Origin: a virus
Taxonomy: Duplodnaviria > Caudoviricetes
Direction: 5' to 3' (one strand)
DNA: 64,000 bases
IMG/VR virus record: IMGVR_UViG_3300025429_000009
Coordinates: 28,999-92,998 of that record
Under the pieces are notes generated by a model. That model made no database searches and was not told where the DNA came from. It was given only the letters and a program-made list of their open reading frames with translations. The translations under genes were made by a program, and so were the position numbers. Position 1 is the stretch's first letter. Every line of letters begins with the position of its first letter. Positions 18,798 through 28,246 of this stretch are shown here, piece by piece.

Positions 18798-18812
18798 CAG
18801 TAAGGATAAATC

Positions 18813-19502
18813 ATGAAACAGAATTACATTATGCCACCAAAGAAGACACCAGCTACACCAAAGCTTCAGGAAGTAACTGAGCCTACGTATGGTGAGCCAA
18901 CCAAAGCACCAACTCGTGCCGATACACGTCGTGCTTCTGGCACTGGTAACAACATTGCCGAAGCAGTAGAGACCATGGAGAAGCTCAACGAGGTCCTCTA
19001 CATGAACGAGCTTGGTGAAGTACAGCCATTGTCTCCTGTACAGATCGACAACATCGCTGCTGAGTTTGTTGCAGTCCGTAAGGCCAAGGACATTGTTGAA
19101 GGCCGTGAGGCTGCTATCAAGAACTACTTGACCGAGGTCATCAACCTCAAGATCAGCATGGAAGGTGAAGACCCAGCAGCTACCAGTGGTTACCTCGTTA
19201 GCCCTGAGAATGGCGTCAAGCTTTCTAAGGAAGTCTCTGGTGGCAAGCTCACCGTTGACATCGACTTGCTCGAGCAGGTACTCGACGCTGACCAGTTCCG
19301 CTCAGTCGTTAACCTTGTTGAGACTCAGATCACCACTACTCGTCCTGACGGTAGCAAGGTGGTAGAAGTCAACAAAGCGTACGAGCTTAACGAAGAAGCA
19401 CTCGAGAAGGAACTAAAGCTCGGCAACGTTGGTATGGAGCAGGTCGTCAAGGCAACCACCCCAGGTAAGGTTCGCTCAGCCTTCTATGTCCGAAGCCTCT
19501 AG
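18813..19502 (+). CDS. Hypothetical protein
   Basis: 229 aa with codon usage of a highly expressed gene; alternative start at 18831. Confidence 0.75.
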   Translation: MKQNYIMPPKKTPATPKLQEVTEPTYGEPTKAPTRADTRRASGTGNNIAEAVETMEKLNEVLYMNELGEVQPLSPVQIDNIAAEFVAVRKAKDIVEGREAAIKNYLTEVINLKISMEGEDPAATSGYLVSPENGVKLSKEVSGGKLTVDIDLLEQVLDADQFRSVVNLVETQITTTRPDGSKVVEVNKAYELNEEALEKELKLGNVGMEQVVKATTPGKVRSAFYVRSL

Positions 19503-19824
19503 GTATAAATTACCATTACGTGACGATGAGCCACTATTCTCAGTGGCTATGGCTGCAGCCTTCTTTGATGTGAGTGCTCACGCATTCAGACAGAAGGAAC
19601 CATACTTCATTGGCTACAATGGTGAACCACTAGAGATCACTAGGACAAGCGGTGGTAGGCGTAGGTATAGTCTGAATGACATACTTAAAATAGCTCATGC
19701 TTTGCGTAGAGCTAATAAGATGACAGACAGACAACTTCGCCTTATAATATTGCGGGTAGATGCATTCAAAGAACCAGTGAAGAAGCATCGTAAGAAATAC
19801 AGAAAAGGAAACAATCCATTATGA
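19486..19824 (+). CDS. MerR-like HTH DNA-binding protein
   Basis: FSVAMAAAFFDVSAHAFR...RTSGGRRRYSLNDI. Confidence 0.75.
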   Translation: MSEASRYKLPLRDDEPLFSVAMAAAFFDVSAHAFRQKEPYFIGYNGEPLEITRTSGGRRRYSLNDILKIAHALRRANKMTDRQLRLIILRVDAFKEPVKKHRKKYRKGNNPL

Positions 19825-20771
19825 AGAAGTCAACACTGCTTCTATTCGATGGTCACAATGTATTCATTCGTAGCTTCAGTGGTTTGATGAGACAAGGGTT
19901 GAGTGCACCGGATGGTTCCGGAACATGGGGAGTGTTCGGTGCATTCAACGTAGTCTCTAGCCTTATCCGTAAGCATCAGCCATCGCATGTGATGATCGCT
20001 TTCGACAAGGGGCGTAGCGCCAAGCGTCTAGCAATCGACCCTGGGTACAAGGCTAACCGTGATAAAAAGCGTGAGAAGCCACAGCCCATGGAGAATGCTT
20101 TCTCTCAAGACTTTAAGCCACAGCTTGAATCATTCATGGCGCTATGTGCTATGAACGGTATTCCATACCTTCGGATCCAAGACGTAGAAGCTGACGACAT
20201 CATTGCTACGGCTGCGCTTAGGTTCTCACCTGTCTTTGACAAGGTAGTTATCGTCAGCGCAGATCACGACTTACATCAGTTGATTAGGCCAAACATATTT
20301 GTCGTGAAGCCAAGCATTAGCTATAAAGACATCAACGAAGAGGTGTACGACACGTCGACTGTCATGGATGAGTGGGGTGTGGAACCTTGGAGACTGCCAG
20401 AGATTTGGTCTTTGATGGGAGATAAGGGTGACAATGTAAAGGGTATCCCAGGCATTGGCCCCAAGAAGGCAACCAAGCTCATAAGCGAGCACGGTGACTT
20501 GGACACAGTACTTAACCTTGATGATCCTAAGATCTCCGAGCATGTAGACACGGTTCGATTGGCTAAACGCCTCATCGAGCTAAGCATTGATGAAGATTTG
20601 CCGTTCCCACCACTGGGCAACTTGCAGTTCAATCCAGTAGCACCAGGAGATCCTGGGGCAAAAGACATCGAGCTGGCTTATGATGCCCTTGGGTTCGCAC
20701 AAATTAAAGATCGTTGGAAGCACAGAAATCTGTGGGATGATGTCCCACACTTTGGTAAGAAGCTTAAATGA
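19821..20771 (+). CDS. 5'-3' exonuclease / flap endonuclease (Pol I N-terminal-like)
   Basis: LLFDGHN, FD, YKANR, VEADDIIA, SADHDLHQL, GDKGDNVKGIPGIGPKKA. Confidence 0.93.
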   Translation: MKKSTLLLFDGHNVFIRSFSGLMRQGLSAPDGSGTWGVFGAFNVVSSLIRKHQPSHVMIAFDKGRSAKRLAIDPGYKANRDKKREKPQPMENAFSQDFKPQLESFMALCAMNGIPYLRIQDVEADDIIATAALRFSPVFDKVVIVSADHDLHQLIRPNIFVVKPSISYKDINEEVYDTSTVMDEWGVEPWRLPEIWSLMGDKGDNVKGIPGIGPKKATKLISEHGDLDTVLNLDDPKISEHVDTVRLAKRLIELSIDEDLPFPPLGNLQFNPVAPGDPGAKDIELAYDALGFAQIKDRWKHRNLWDDVPHFGKKLK

Positions 20772-21841
20772 GCAGATGGATAATCAACCCTGAAGTCGAT
20801 ATGGTCAGCACGCTGGCACAGTACGGTCGATTCCTGGAAAATGATTATCGTATGATCATCGAGCATCTAATCATCCCACAGGTATTTGAAGAGTATACAG
20901 AGAAGACAAACCGCAAGTTTGTAATCGTAGGTGCTAAAGACAGTCCATGGATACTTGCTAAGAGTGCTTACTTGTGCCTAAAGCTTGCTGGTCCAGATAG
21001 TGTTGTGGTCAAGACACCGAACCTGGATGAAAGCTTTATGGTTCAAAACGTTCTCGAGTACCACGCCGATGATGTTCGCTACAAAGTATTTGTGTCACAG
21101 CATGACGAGATCAAGCTCAGCAACGAATGGCGAGAAGAGGTAGAAAACGCCACTGACATCATAGTGTTTGGCAGCAAGAACGCCATGGAAGCCTTCCGTG
21201 AATACGAGATGGTTGACCGTAGGGTGTGGGAGCACGGGTACCGTTTCAGCTTTGGCATTGTGCAAGAAGAACATCTCACCGCTAGCACCATAAACAATAT
21301 TTGTTTTGATTTCTTTTCGTTCTACGGCGAAGGGAGCCTAGCTCCAAAGTTTTATTTTGTTGTTGGCAAGCTAAAAAAGAAGATAGCTAACCAGTTCAGT
21401 AAAAACATGAGAGCAATTTATGGTAGCTTGATTAAAGAGTACCGTGAGAAGCTGCCGCTTACCAGAAAAAGCGAGCTCACTGAGCAGATGATCAATAGTG
21501 ATTATGCTGCAAAGTTTGTACGCATCAACGATTTGCATGACGATGAGCTGTTTGATACACTCTACGGAGACATTAGGCTGGTGCCCGTTGATGACATGGA
21601 AAGCGTTGAGAATTTCATCAACAAACATAGGGATAACATCAGCACCGTCGCCATTAACATTGACGACGATGTAAAGACTCTAGACCTACTAGAGGAAAAA
21701 ATGATCGTAAGAATCTGTGACATTGGTAGTATGCAATTCCCAGATTTTTTTGAGCAGTACGACAACGTAGATGACTACAACATTTACGTTGGCGAAGAAG
21801 AAGAGGACATCGCTTCTATACAGGGCGATGATTTTATATAA
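20768..21841 (+). CDS. LuxC-like acyl-CoA reductase homolog (ALDH fold), expected catalytic Cys replaced by Ser
   Basis: ATDIIVFGSKNAM, HGYRFSFGIV, DFFSFYGEGSLAPKFYFV, ISTVAI, RICDIGSMQFP..F..YD correspond in order to LuxC motifs. Confidence 0.65.
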   Translation: MSRWIINPEVDMVSTLAQYGRFLENDYRMIIEHLIIPQVFEEYTEKTNRKFVIVGAKDSPWILAKSAYLCLKLAGPDSVVVKTPNLDESFMVQNVLEYHADDVRYKVFVSQHDEIKLSNEWREEVENATDIIVFGSKNAMEAFREYEMVDRRVWEHGYRFSFGIVQEEHLTASTINNICFDFFSFYGEGSLAPKFYFVVGKLKKKIANQFSKNMRAIYGSLIKEYREKLPLTRKSELTEQMINSDYAAKFVRINDLHDDELFDTLYGDIRLVPVDDMESVENFINKHRDNISTVAINIDDDVKTLDLLEEKMIVRICDIGSMQFPDFFEQYDNVDDYNIYVGEEEEDIASIQGDDFI

Positions 21842-21850
21842 GGAAGAGAT

Positions 21851-22147
21851 ATGTTGTTAGCAGATAAACGACGTTCAAACTATGTCAATATGATTGAACG
21901 GTGGTCTGATAGCACTCGCTTTAAAGTGTTCTTGACGATCGCTTTTTCAATAGGTGTTATTATCGTACTACCGTTGATCGTGTTGTTTAGTCCGTTCATA
22001 ATTGCTTGGGATCTCGCGGGTGCTTTCATCCAGAAGATCAACAGCAAAGCACATGAAGAAAATAAGCTTGACTTCAGTGAGTTCTTGAACAAGACAAACA
22101 AGTGGGATAAGATTAATTTTGGGTTCAACTCCTGGAAAGATGAATAA
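21851..22147 (+). CDS. Membrane protein
   Basis: Long hydrophobic segment VFLTIAFSIGVIIVLPLIVLFSPFIIAW. Confidence 0.65.
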   Translation: MLLADKRRSNYVNMIERWSDSTRFKVFLTIAFSIGVIIVLPLIVLFSPFIIAWDLAGAFIQKINSKAHEENKLDFSEFLNKTNKWDKINFGFNSWKDE

Positions 22148-22519
22148 ATGGATAAGTTAGCACAGACCGGTGAAGTAATGTTTGAAAGAAACATTGCTAT
22201 TATTGCGAGTAGAAAGCAAGAAGTACAAGTTTTCAGCGATGAATTCGTGTATGAAGGGTTCGTATGTGGCCTAGACGATGGATGGTTGCAGATATACGGC
22301 CACGAGGAGAACGACAGAGACAACACTGATACACAGTGGCGTTTCCTTCTCATCGGTAAGCACAAGATCTCAGCTGTTGGTCCGACAGGGCGTGGTTTGC
22401 ACGACTATGATGACGTTACTAGAGAATGGATTACCAAGAAGATTCAGATCTTCTCGGATATTTGTGAAAAGTTCCTTGCAGCGAGAGGTATCAAGAGTGA
22501 TAGAAGAGAAAAGCTTTGA
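22148..22519 (+). CDS. Hypothetical protein (possible Sm/SH3-like beta fold)
   Basis: VQVF...YEGFVCGLDDGWLQI...FLLIGKHKISAV. Confidence 0.6.
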   Translation: MDKLAQTGEVMFERNIAIIASRKQEVQVFSDEFVYEGFVCGLDDGWLQIYGHEENDRDNTDTQWRFLLIGKHKISAVGPTGRGLHDYDDVTREWITKKIQIFSDICEKFLAARGIKSDRREKL

Positions 22520-22961
22520 TGGTCCACTATCGAACTACGACGATGACAGCTATGACGAAGTCGTAGAGGTAGTACCAGCTCAGAGCAAAGAAGACCTTGT
22601 TAAGGAGCTCGACCTCACTAGGGCCGACACCAAAGAGTTGCTGATGTACTTTTGCACTAGGTTCAAAGAGACCCATGGGTACGACTACAACGTAGAATGG
22701 GTCAAAGAGATGGCTATACTTAAGTCCTTCAAGGAACGTTACGGTGCAGACTCGGGTCCAATGATTAAGCTCTTGTTCGATAAGCGCAAGGGTAAGGTCA
22801 ACGACCAGGTGATGACAATCACAGCTTTTAGCAAGGGTAGTAAGTGGATTCAAGATACGCTGTATATTGAACTCCAGCAAGACAAGATCAAAGAAGAAAA
22901 CCGACCAAGTTCAGAAGGGTTAATGAGTACAGATGACTTCCTTAAACGATTCGCTGTTTGA
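22497..22961 (+). CDS. Putative replication initiator / helicase-loader partner
   Basis: GTG start; helical protein directly upstream of and overlapping the DnaC-like gene. Confidence 0.5.
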   Translation: MIEEKSFDGPLSNYDDDSYDEVVEVVPAQSKEDLVKELDLTRADTKELLMYFCTRFKETHGYDYNVEWVKEMAILKSFKERYGADSGPMIKLLFDKRKGKVNDQVMTITAFSKGSKWIQDTLYIELQQDKIKEENRPSSEGLMSTDDFLKRFAV

Positions 22962-23733
22962 TTGGCATAAAGACTACGTCAATCTTAAGTATGAGTTTCT
23001 AGACGACGACGAGATCGACTACCTAGAACAGAAGTACCCACAGTTTGAGTCATTCAATAAGCGTGGTTGCCCAACGTGTGAAGACCACACGTGCGGTGAC
23101 TGCAAGACACAGCTCCAGTTGTACAAGCACTACCTGCGTGCAGGCATCGGCCTGAACTACCAGAAGCTTGACTGGACTGACTTCAACGGTGACGAGAAGG
23201 CATCCGACCTCGCTCGCATCTACCTGGGGCAGCACAAGGACTTTGTCAAGGGTGGCATGGGTCTCTTGTACCACGGCACATGGGGTACTGGTAAGACGTT
23301 GCTCACCAGTCTTATCGCCAAGGAGCTTGTCAAGCTGGGCTACAAGGTATACTTCGCCACGTTCACCCAAATGGTTGACGAGTTCACTCGTGGGTGGGGT
23401 AGCAACGATGACAAGGCACGCTTTGAGAGCAAAGTCGTTAAAAGCGACGTGTTCTTCTTGGACGACATTGGTAAGGAGTTCCGCACCAAGAACAACCTGA
23501 GCGAAGCAACCTTTGACCACGTGCTGCGTCAGCGTGCATTGGACAACCGCCCAACGTTCATCACCACAAACATGACGATTAACGAGTTGAACGAAGGGTA
23601 TGGTAGTGCTATCTTCTCATTGCTCAAGGAACGCATGATTGTGCACGAGATGACTGGCATCGACTACCGTGAGTATGCAAGAGACCGAACGCTTGATGAA
23701 ATCAAGAGTGGTTTAGTACGTAAGATTATCTAA
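22933..23733 (+). CDS. DnaC/IstB-like AAA+ helicase loader
   Basis: CxxC...CxxC, GTWGTGKT, FFLDDIGKE, PTFITTN, SLLKE. Confidence 0.9.
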   Translation: MTSLNDSLFDWHKDYVNLKYEFLDDDEIDYLEQKYPQFESFNKRGCPTCEDHTCGDCKTQLQLYKHYLRAGIGLNYQKLDWTDFNGDEKASDLARIYLGQHKDFVKGGMGLLYHGTWGTGKTLLTSLIAKELVKLGYKVYFATFTQMVDEFTRGWGSNDDKARFESKVVKSDVFFLDDIGKEFRTKNNLSEATFDHVLRQRALDNRPTFITTNMTINELNEGYGSAIFSLLKERMIVHEMTGIDYREYARDRTLDEIKSGLVRKII

Positions 23734-23747
23734 CAGAAAGTAAGAAG

Positions 23748-25031
23748 ATGGACATTGAAAAGTCATTAGTAAAGCATTTTGCCGACCTCGAAAGCTTCAA
23801 CGTAATCTGGAACAAGGGTATCCGTAGTGAGCACTTCTTTGACCCGGGTGTGCGTGAGATCTTCGACTACAGCCTTGACTACTACGTACGTAGCGAGTTC
23901 AAGCAGACAGTAGACCAGGACTTCCTGGAGACCAAGTTCGATGATTACTTTGCTCGGAACGAGTGGCCACAAGAGAGCTACCTGGTGGATGTTCTTGTGG
24001 AAGAGATGGTTGCTAAGTACCGCAAGGCAACCACGCAAAGCGTACTGCTCAAGGCAGCTAACGCACTAGACACTGACCCCGAGGAAGGCATTGCCATTGC
24101 GCTCAACAGCCTCTCAAAGATTCAGCACGACACTAGTACTCGTGAACGTATTGAAATCTATGGTGAGGGTTACGAACGCCGTGTGAACGACTACATCGAT
24201 GAGATCGCTAACCCCATGCGAGACAAGAAGGGTATCTACCTGGGCTGGGACCAGCTCAATGACCACATGTATGGCATCCAGAAGGGTGAGCTTGCTGTGG
24301 TCGTAGGTATCCCCAACGTGGGTAAGTCGTGGGTGGGTTCAGTCATCGCTCTAGAAGCAGCACGCCGAAAGAACAAAGTGTACTTCGCATCACTGGAGCT
24401 CCGTAAGGAACTGACGTTGATGCGCTTGGACTGTCTCGCCAGTGGTGTACCATACAGTCGTTACGAGCGTGGCCAGCTGACACCGAATGAGCTCAAGCGT
24501 CTCAAGGAAGCACGTGAAGAGATCATGGAGTTCGGTGAGTACCTACTCATTGACTCGCCTAGCAAGAAGTCTGAGCGTAGTGTCATGGAGCTGTACTCCA
24601 AGGCTAAGCACTGGGGTGCTGACCTCATGGTCGGTGACCAGCTGTCGTGGATCACCAGCGAGAAAAACTTTGGTTCCTCAAGCAATTACCAGTCGCTCCA
24701 GATGGCTGAAGTTATCAACGACGTTGCGTCTACCAACCGTGAAATGGGCATGGCTTCTGTATGGCTAGCTCAGTTCAACCGTGAAGCAACCAAGAGCAAG
24801 AAGGGCCGTGGTGGTCTGGGCAACATTGGGCTAAGCTCTCAGGTCGAGCAGGTCGTTGACATTGCTCTGGGTATTGGTGCTACAGCTGAGATGAAGCGCC
24901 AAGAGGCCCTGGTCATGGACATCATGAAGTCTCGTCGTAGTGACCTCAAGTCATGGATGATGGGGTTCGAGTTGCGCGACCGTACCAGTTTGAGTATTGT
25001 TAGAGAGTACGAAGAAGCAAGTGGAGAGTAA
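23748..25031 (+). CDS. dnaB: Replicative DnaB-like helicase
   Basis: GIQKGELAVVVGIPNVGKS, FASLE, DQL, LAQFNRE, KSR. Confidence 0.92.
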   Translation: MDIEKSLVKHFADLESFNVIWNKGIRSEHFFDPGVREIFDYSLDYYVRSEFKQTVDQDFLETKFDDYFARNEWPQESYLVDVLVEEMVAKYRKATTQSVLLKAANALDTDPEEGIAIALNSLSKIQHDTSTRERIEIYGEGYERRVNDYIDEIANPMRDKKGIYLGWDQLNDHMYGIQKGELAVVVGIPNVGKSWVGSVIALEAARRKNKVYFASLELRKELTLMRLDCLASGVPYSRYERGQLTPNELKRLKEAREEIMEFGEYLLIDSPSKKSERSVMELYSKAKHWGADLMVGDQLSWITSEKNFGSSSNYQSLQMAEVINDVASTNREMGMASVWLAQFNREATKSKKGRGGLGNIGLSSQVEQVVDIALGIGATAEMKRQEALVMDIMKSRRSDLKSWMMGFELRDRTSLSIVREYEEASGE

Positions 25032-25033
25032 GT

Positions 25034-25462
25034 ATGCAAACATTCGTCCCGTACGCAGACTTTAAGGAGTCTGCTCGAGTACTAGACCGTCAACGTCTTG
25101 GTAAGCAGCGCGTAGAAACGTTGCAAGTCATGAAGGCGCTTAACGACCCCGCCTACGGCTGGAATAATCACCCAGCTGTAAAGATGTGGCGTGGTCACCG
25201 TGGAGCTTTGATGCAATACCAGCGTGCTATCTGCGATGAATGGACATCACGTGGCTACAAAGATACATGCCTTGAGAAGACAGAGGCTTTGGTAGTAGAA
25301 ATCCCATCTTCAGAATGGGAGCAGCCAGCATGGCTAGGCAACTATGCACTGCACGAAAGTCACCGTAGCAACTTGACACGTAAAATGCCAGAGTGGTATG
25401 GTCAGTTCTGGGATGAGCCAAATGACCTTCCCTATGTATGGCCAGAGGAGGAACTGGTATGA
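25034..25462 (+). CDS. Pyrimidine-dimer DNA glycosylase-like (MSMEG_6728/DenV family)
   Basis: MQTFVPY.DF..SARVLD.QRLGKQRVETLQ, HPAVKMWRG, HESHRSNL.RK, LPYVWP. Confidence 0.88.
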   Translation: MQTFVPYADFKESARVLDRQRLGKQRVETLQVMKALNDPAYGWNNHPAVKMWRGHRGALMQYQRAICDEWTSRGYKDTCLEKTEALVVEIPSSEWEQPAWLGNYALHESHRSNLTRKMPEWYGQFWDEPNDLPYVWPEEELV

Positions 25463-25743
25463 TTGTTTGTTCAGATTGTTTGCAACCTGTAGGGCTACAC
25501 AAAGACACTAGTAACTATTACCATTTGCCGCCAATGAAAGATCACTGTGATGTGAGTTTTGTTTTCGGTCTCGACATTGGTAAAACTCCTAAGGGAACAG
25601 TCAAGATCATGAGAGAGATGGCAGAAGAAACCAACGAACTCTCAGAGCGCATTGATCGTGCCATCCTTTATCTAAAGAACAAAGACTATGATGATGCTCT
25701 TGCAGTGCTCCAAGACAACTGGGACGATTTAGAAGATGAGTAG
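25459..25743 (+). CDS. Hypothetical protein
   Basis: GAGGAG RBS, ATGA coupling, CxxC. Confidence 0.6.
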   Translation: MIVCSDCLQPVGLHKDTSNYYHLPPMKDHCDVSFVFGLDIGKTPKGTVKIMREMAEETNELSERIDRAILYLKNKDYDDALAVLQDNWDDLEDE

Positions 25744-25758
25744 ATTCAAGGAGTTCAA

Positions 25759-25911
25759 ATGACTCGTGAACAGTTACATGAGAAGCACCATCCACTCTTC
25801 CAGAACCAGGGTAGAGTTGGCGTAGTTAATTACTGTGTAGGGTGTAAAGGACCCAACGGCACACTGATCAATCTGTGGCCGTGTGATGTGATAAGGGCAT
25901 TAGATGCTTAG
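25759..25911 (+). CDS. Small hypothetical protein (50 aa)
   Basis: AAGGAG RBS; H.P...CVGC...WPC..IRAL. Confidence 0.6.
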   Translation: MTREQLHEKHHPLFQNQGRVGVVNYCVGCKGPNGTLINLWPCDVIRALDA

Positions 25912-26074
25912 GGTAAGACATTACAACGTTAGAAAGCGTCGTTACCCTGACATGACAAAGCGTTACGGCATTGTTTATGCAAAGCCTAGGCGCTTACCAC
26001 GAAGCGTCGATATCTACGTACGCAACCACGTATGGTCATTCTGGTCGGAAAAGATAAAGAAAGCATGGGATTAA
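25904..26074 (+). CDS. Small basic hypothetical protein (56 aa)
   Basis: Fills gap and overlaps both neighbours; MLRVRHYNVRKRRYPD... Confidence 0.5.
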   Translation: MLRVRHYNVRKRRYPDMTKRYGIVYAKPRRLPRSVDIYVRNHVWSFWSEKIKKAWD

Positions 26075-26238
26075 TGATGCGTAAGAATGAACAAGGTTTC
26101 TGGGAGTGTAGACTACCCATCAACCCAATGAAGCACCCAAGTAAGCTGCATGAGCAGGCATTGAGCGACCTCAGCCCAAGAGACCGTGAGCTCATGGAAA
26201 ACATTAAGGACGACTTGAAATGGCTGAAGGACAACTAA
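26074..26238 (+). CDS. Hypothetical protein
   Basis: TAATG coupling. Confidence 0.5.
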   Translation: MMRKNEQGFWECRLPINPMKHPSKLHEQALSDLSPRDRELMENIKDDLKWLKDN

Positions 26239-27236
26239 AGGAGATCTTCGCAGGTCTCGATGTTCACGTAGTACTCCAGGAGATGCTGGGCGTGGGTGAA
26301 ATCGTGGAGAGTGGTGACGAATATATCCACTCATGCCCACTGCCCTTTGGCAACCACCGCAATGGGGATAAGAACCCCAGCGCAAGTCTTAACAAAGAAA
26401 CACTACTCTTCAACTGCTTTACCTGCGGTGGTGGGTCAGTCATCTGGCTAGTCCAGCACTGCCTCGAAATCACCCGTGAAGAAGCAATCGCAATGCTCAA
26501 GAATGAGGTGATGGGGCTATCCCTCATTGCCATCGAAGACTTCATCAAGCGTCTAGAAAGCGTCTTTGAGCCCTGCCACCCAGAGAACCTGGAGATACCT
26601 GTCTACAGTGACACGCTACTCAAGCGGTGGGAAGGTACATGCGATTACTTGACCAACAGAGGGGTCTCAGAGGCCGTACAGCGGTCGATGCGCACGGGGG
26701 TGGAAACACGCTCCGAATTTTCAAAATCCTTGACAGGAGAGCATATGGTGACCCTCGATAGGGTCATCCTGCCACACTTCATGAACGGCAAGCTCGTAGG
26801 GTGGGTAGCTCGCAAGATTCAAGAGATCGATGGGGTTCCCAAGTACCGTAATTCCAAAGGGTTCCCACGTGGGGCATGGTTGTATAATTTGGACAACGCC
26901 CGTGCGTACGACGAGGTGTACGTTGTTGAGAGTCCTATGAGCGTGCTCGTGCTGAAGAGTAGAGGAATTGACAATGTGGTGGCCACGTTCGGCGCAAAGG
27001 TCGATAAACAGCAGCTCAACCTGCTCCGCAATTTTTCAAAGGTCAATGTCTTTATGGACGGTGATAACCCTGGTCGGATGGCGACGGAGCACATTACGCA
27101 AGAGCTACAAAATTATACAAAAATTGGTGTAATTTTGACACCGGACGACGAAGATCCTGCTACACTGTTGTCTGTGCCTAGCACAATAAGTTCTTTTGAG
27201 TACCAGTTACAGCACTGCTTGACTCGCAGTAGTTAG
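26220..27236 (+). CDS. dnaG: DNA primase (CHC2 zinc finger + TOPRIM)
   Basis: CPLPFGNH...D.NPS...FNCFTC, PKYRNS, VVESPMS, DGDNPG. Confidence 0.9.
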   Translation: MAEGQLKEIFAGLDVHVVLQEMLGVGEIVESGDEYIHSCPLPFGNHRNGDKNPSASLNKETLLFNCFTCGGGSVIWLVQHCLEITREEAIAMLKNEVMGLSLIAIEDFIKRLESVFEPCHPENLEIPVYSDTLLKRWEGTCDYLTNRGVSEAVQRSMRTGVETRSEFSKSLTGEHMVTLDRVILPHFMNGKLVGWVARKIQEIDGVPKYRNSKGFPRGAWLYNLDNARAYDEVYVVESPMSVLVLKSRGIDNVVATFGAKVDKQQLNLLRNFSKVNVFMDGDNPGRMATEHITQELQNYTKIGVILTPDDEDPATLLSVPSTISSFEYQLQHCLTRSS

Positions 27237-27248
27237 AGCTGCTACACT
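27219..27248 (+). promoter_or_regulatory. Putative promoter for ssb
   Basis: TTGACT-18 nt-TACACT with TGn extension. Confidence 0.5.
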
Positions 27249-27311
27249 CATAAGAAGCAGTAACAAACACCAAAACCACAGCCCTAGGGCTTCTAACAGA
27301 AAGTAACTACA

Positions 27312-28136
27312 ATGGCATTAGCAAAAGGCATGGCTGCCGTAAAGGCCAGTATCGAGCGTTCCCAGCAGGGTGGCTCGGGTCCTAAGACGTACGACCAGAC
27401 CAACTGGTTCTACTGGACCGCAGGAGAGGCCAAGGCCCTCCGTTTCCTCACGGACTCAAACGACATCTTCGTTGTTCCAGTTCACGAGAATGTTCCTACG
27501 CACGACGGTAAGAAGAAGACATTTGTCTGCCGTTCGGTGTTCGACGCTGCTTGTGAGCTTTGCGCTCGTGAGAAGGGTGCCCCTGGTGCCTACCGTCGTG
27601 ACGTGGGCTACGGCGTTGCCGTGCTCCGCGAAGAAGTAAAGGTTGACGGTAAGACCACTGGCTACCGTGACGTGACTTCAGAGTACACGGACACTGTTGA
27701 CGGTAAGGTTGTCACCAAGAAGAAGCCGTACGTGGGTATTATTGCCCAGGGTATGCGCAACTTCTGGAACCAGATTGCTGTCATCTCGGAGAAGTACGGC
27801 TCACTGCGTGACCGTGAGATTGAGATCCTGCGACAGGGTGCCGGTACCGACACGACTTACATGGCGTTCGCTTTGCCCGAGAAGGAGATCGAGAACATCG
27901 ACACTCGCTACGCAAAGTTCATGCCGGACGTCGAAGCGTTCCTCAACCGTATTGGTAGTGAAGAGTACTACCAGGCACAGCTGCACGGTATCGTGAAGCC
28001 TAAGGCCAACGGTGTTGCATCAAACAGCACCAACTCTTCTTTCAGCGATGACGACGAGTACGCTGAAGACGAGTACGTCTCTATTGATGAAGAGACGACT
28101 GCTGACCGCCTCAAGCGTAAGCTGGCTGCTCAGTAA
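27312..28136 (+). CDS. ssb: Single-stranded DNA-binding protein (gp32-like)
   Basis: LRFL...H...C...CELC zinc motif, R.GAGTDTTY, acidic C-terminal tail; sits between primase and polymerase. Confidence 0.75.
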   Translation: MALAKGMAAVKASIERSQQGGSGPKTYDQTNWFYWTAGEAKALRFLTDSNDIFVVPVHENVPTHDGKKKTFVCRSVFDAACELCAREKGAPGAYRRDVGYGVAVLREEVKVDGKTTGYRDVTSEYTDTVDGKVVTKKKPYVGIIAQGMRNFWNQIAVISEKYGSLRDREIEILRQGAGTDTTYMAFALPEKEIENIDTRYAKFMPDVEAFLNRIGSEEYYQAQLHGIVKPKANGVASNSTNSSFSDDDEYAEDEYVSIDEETTADRLKRKLAAQ

Positions 28137-28171
28137 CAAGTTTGCTTAATACCCTCCTCAGGTAAGCAAAT

Positions 28172-28226
28172 GACTGGTACACCCAGGGTGTTCTTGATGA
28201 CACTCTGCACCCTGGGTGTGCTAGTC
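28172..28226 (+). terminator. 19-bp hairpin after ssb (terminator or mRNA-stabilising element)
   Basis: GACTGGTACACCCAGGGTG / CACCCTGGGTGTGCTAGTC; preceded by a TTTGCTTA/TAAGCAAA hairpin; no U-tract. Confidence 0.5.
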
Positions 28227-28246
28227 GACTATAGTAAGGACTCGTT

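Noticed and set aside
27135-27166. TTGACA...TACACT promoter inside dnaG
   Set aside because: The 20-nt spacer is too long; the 27219 site fits better.
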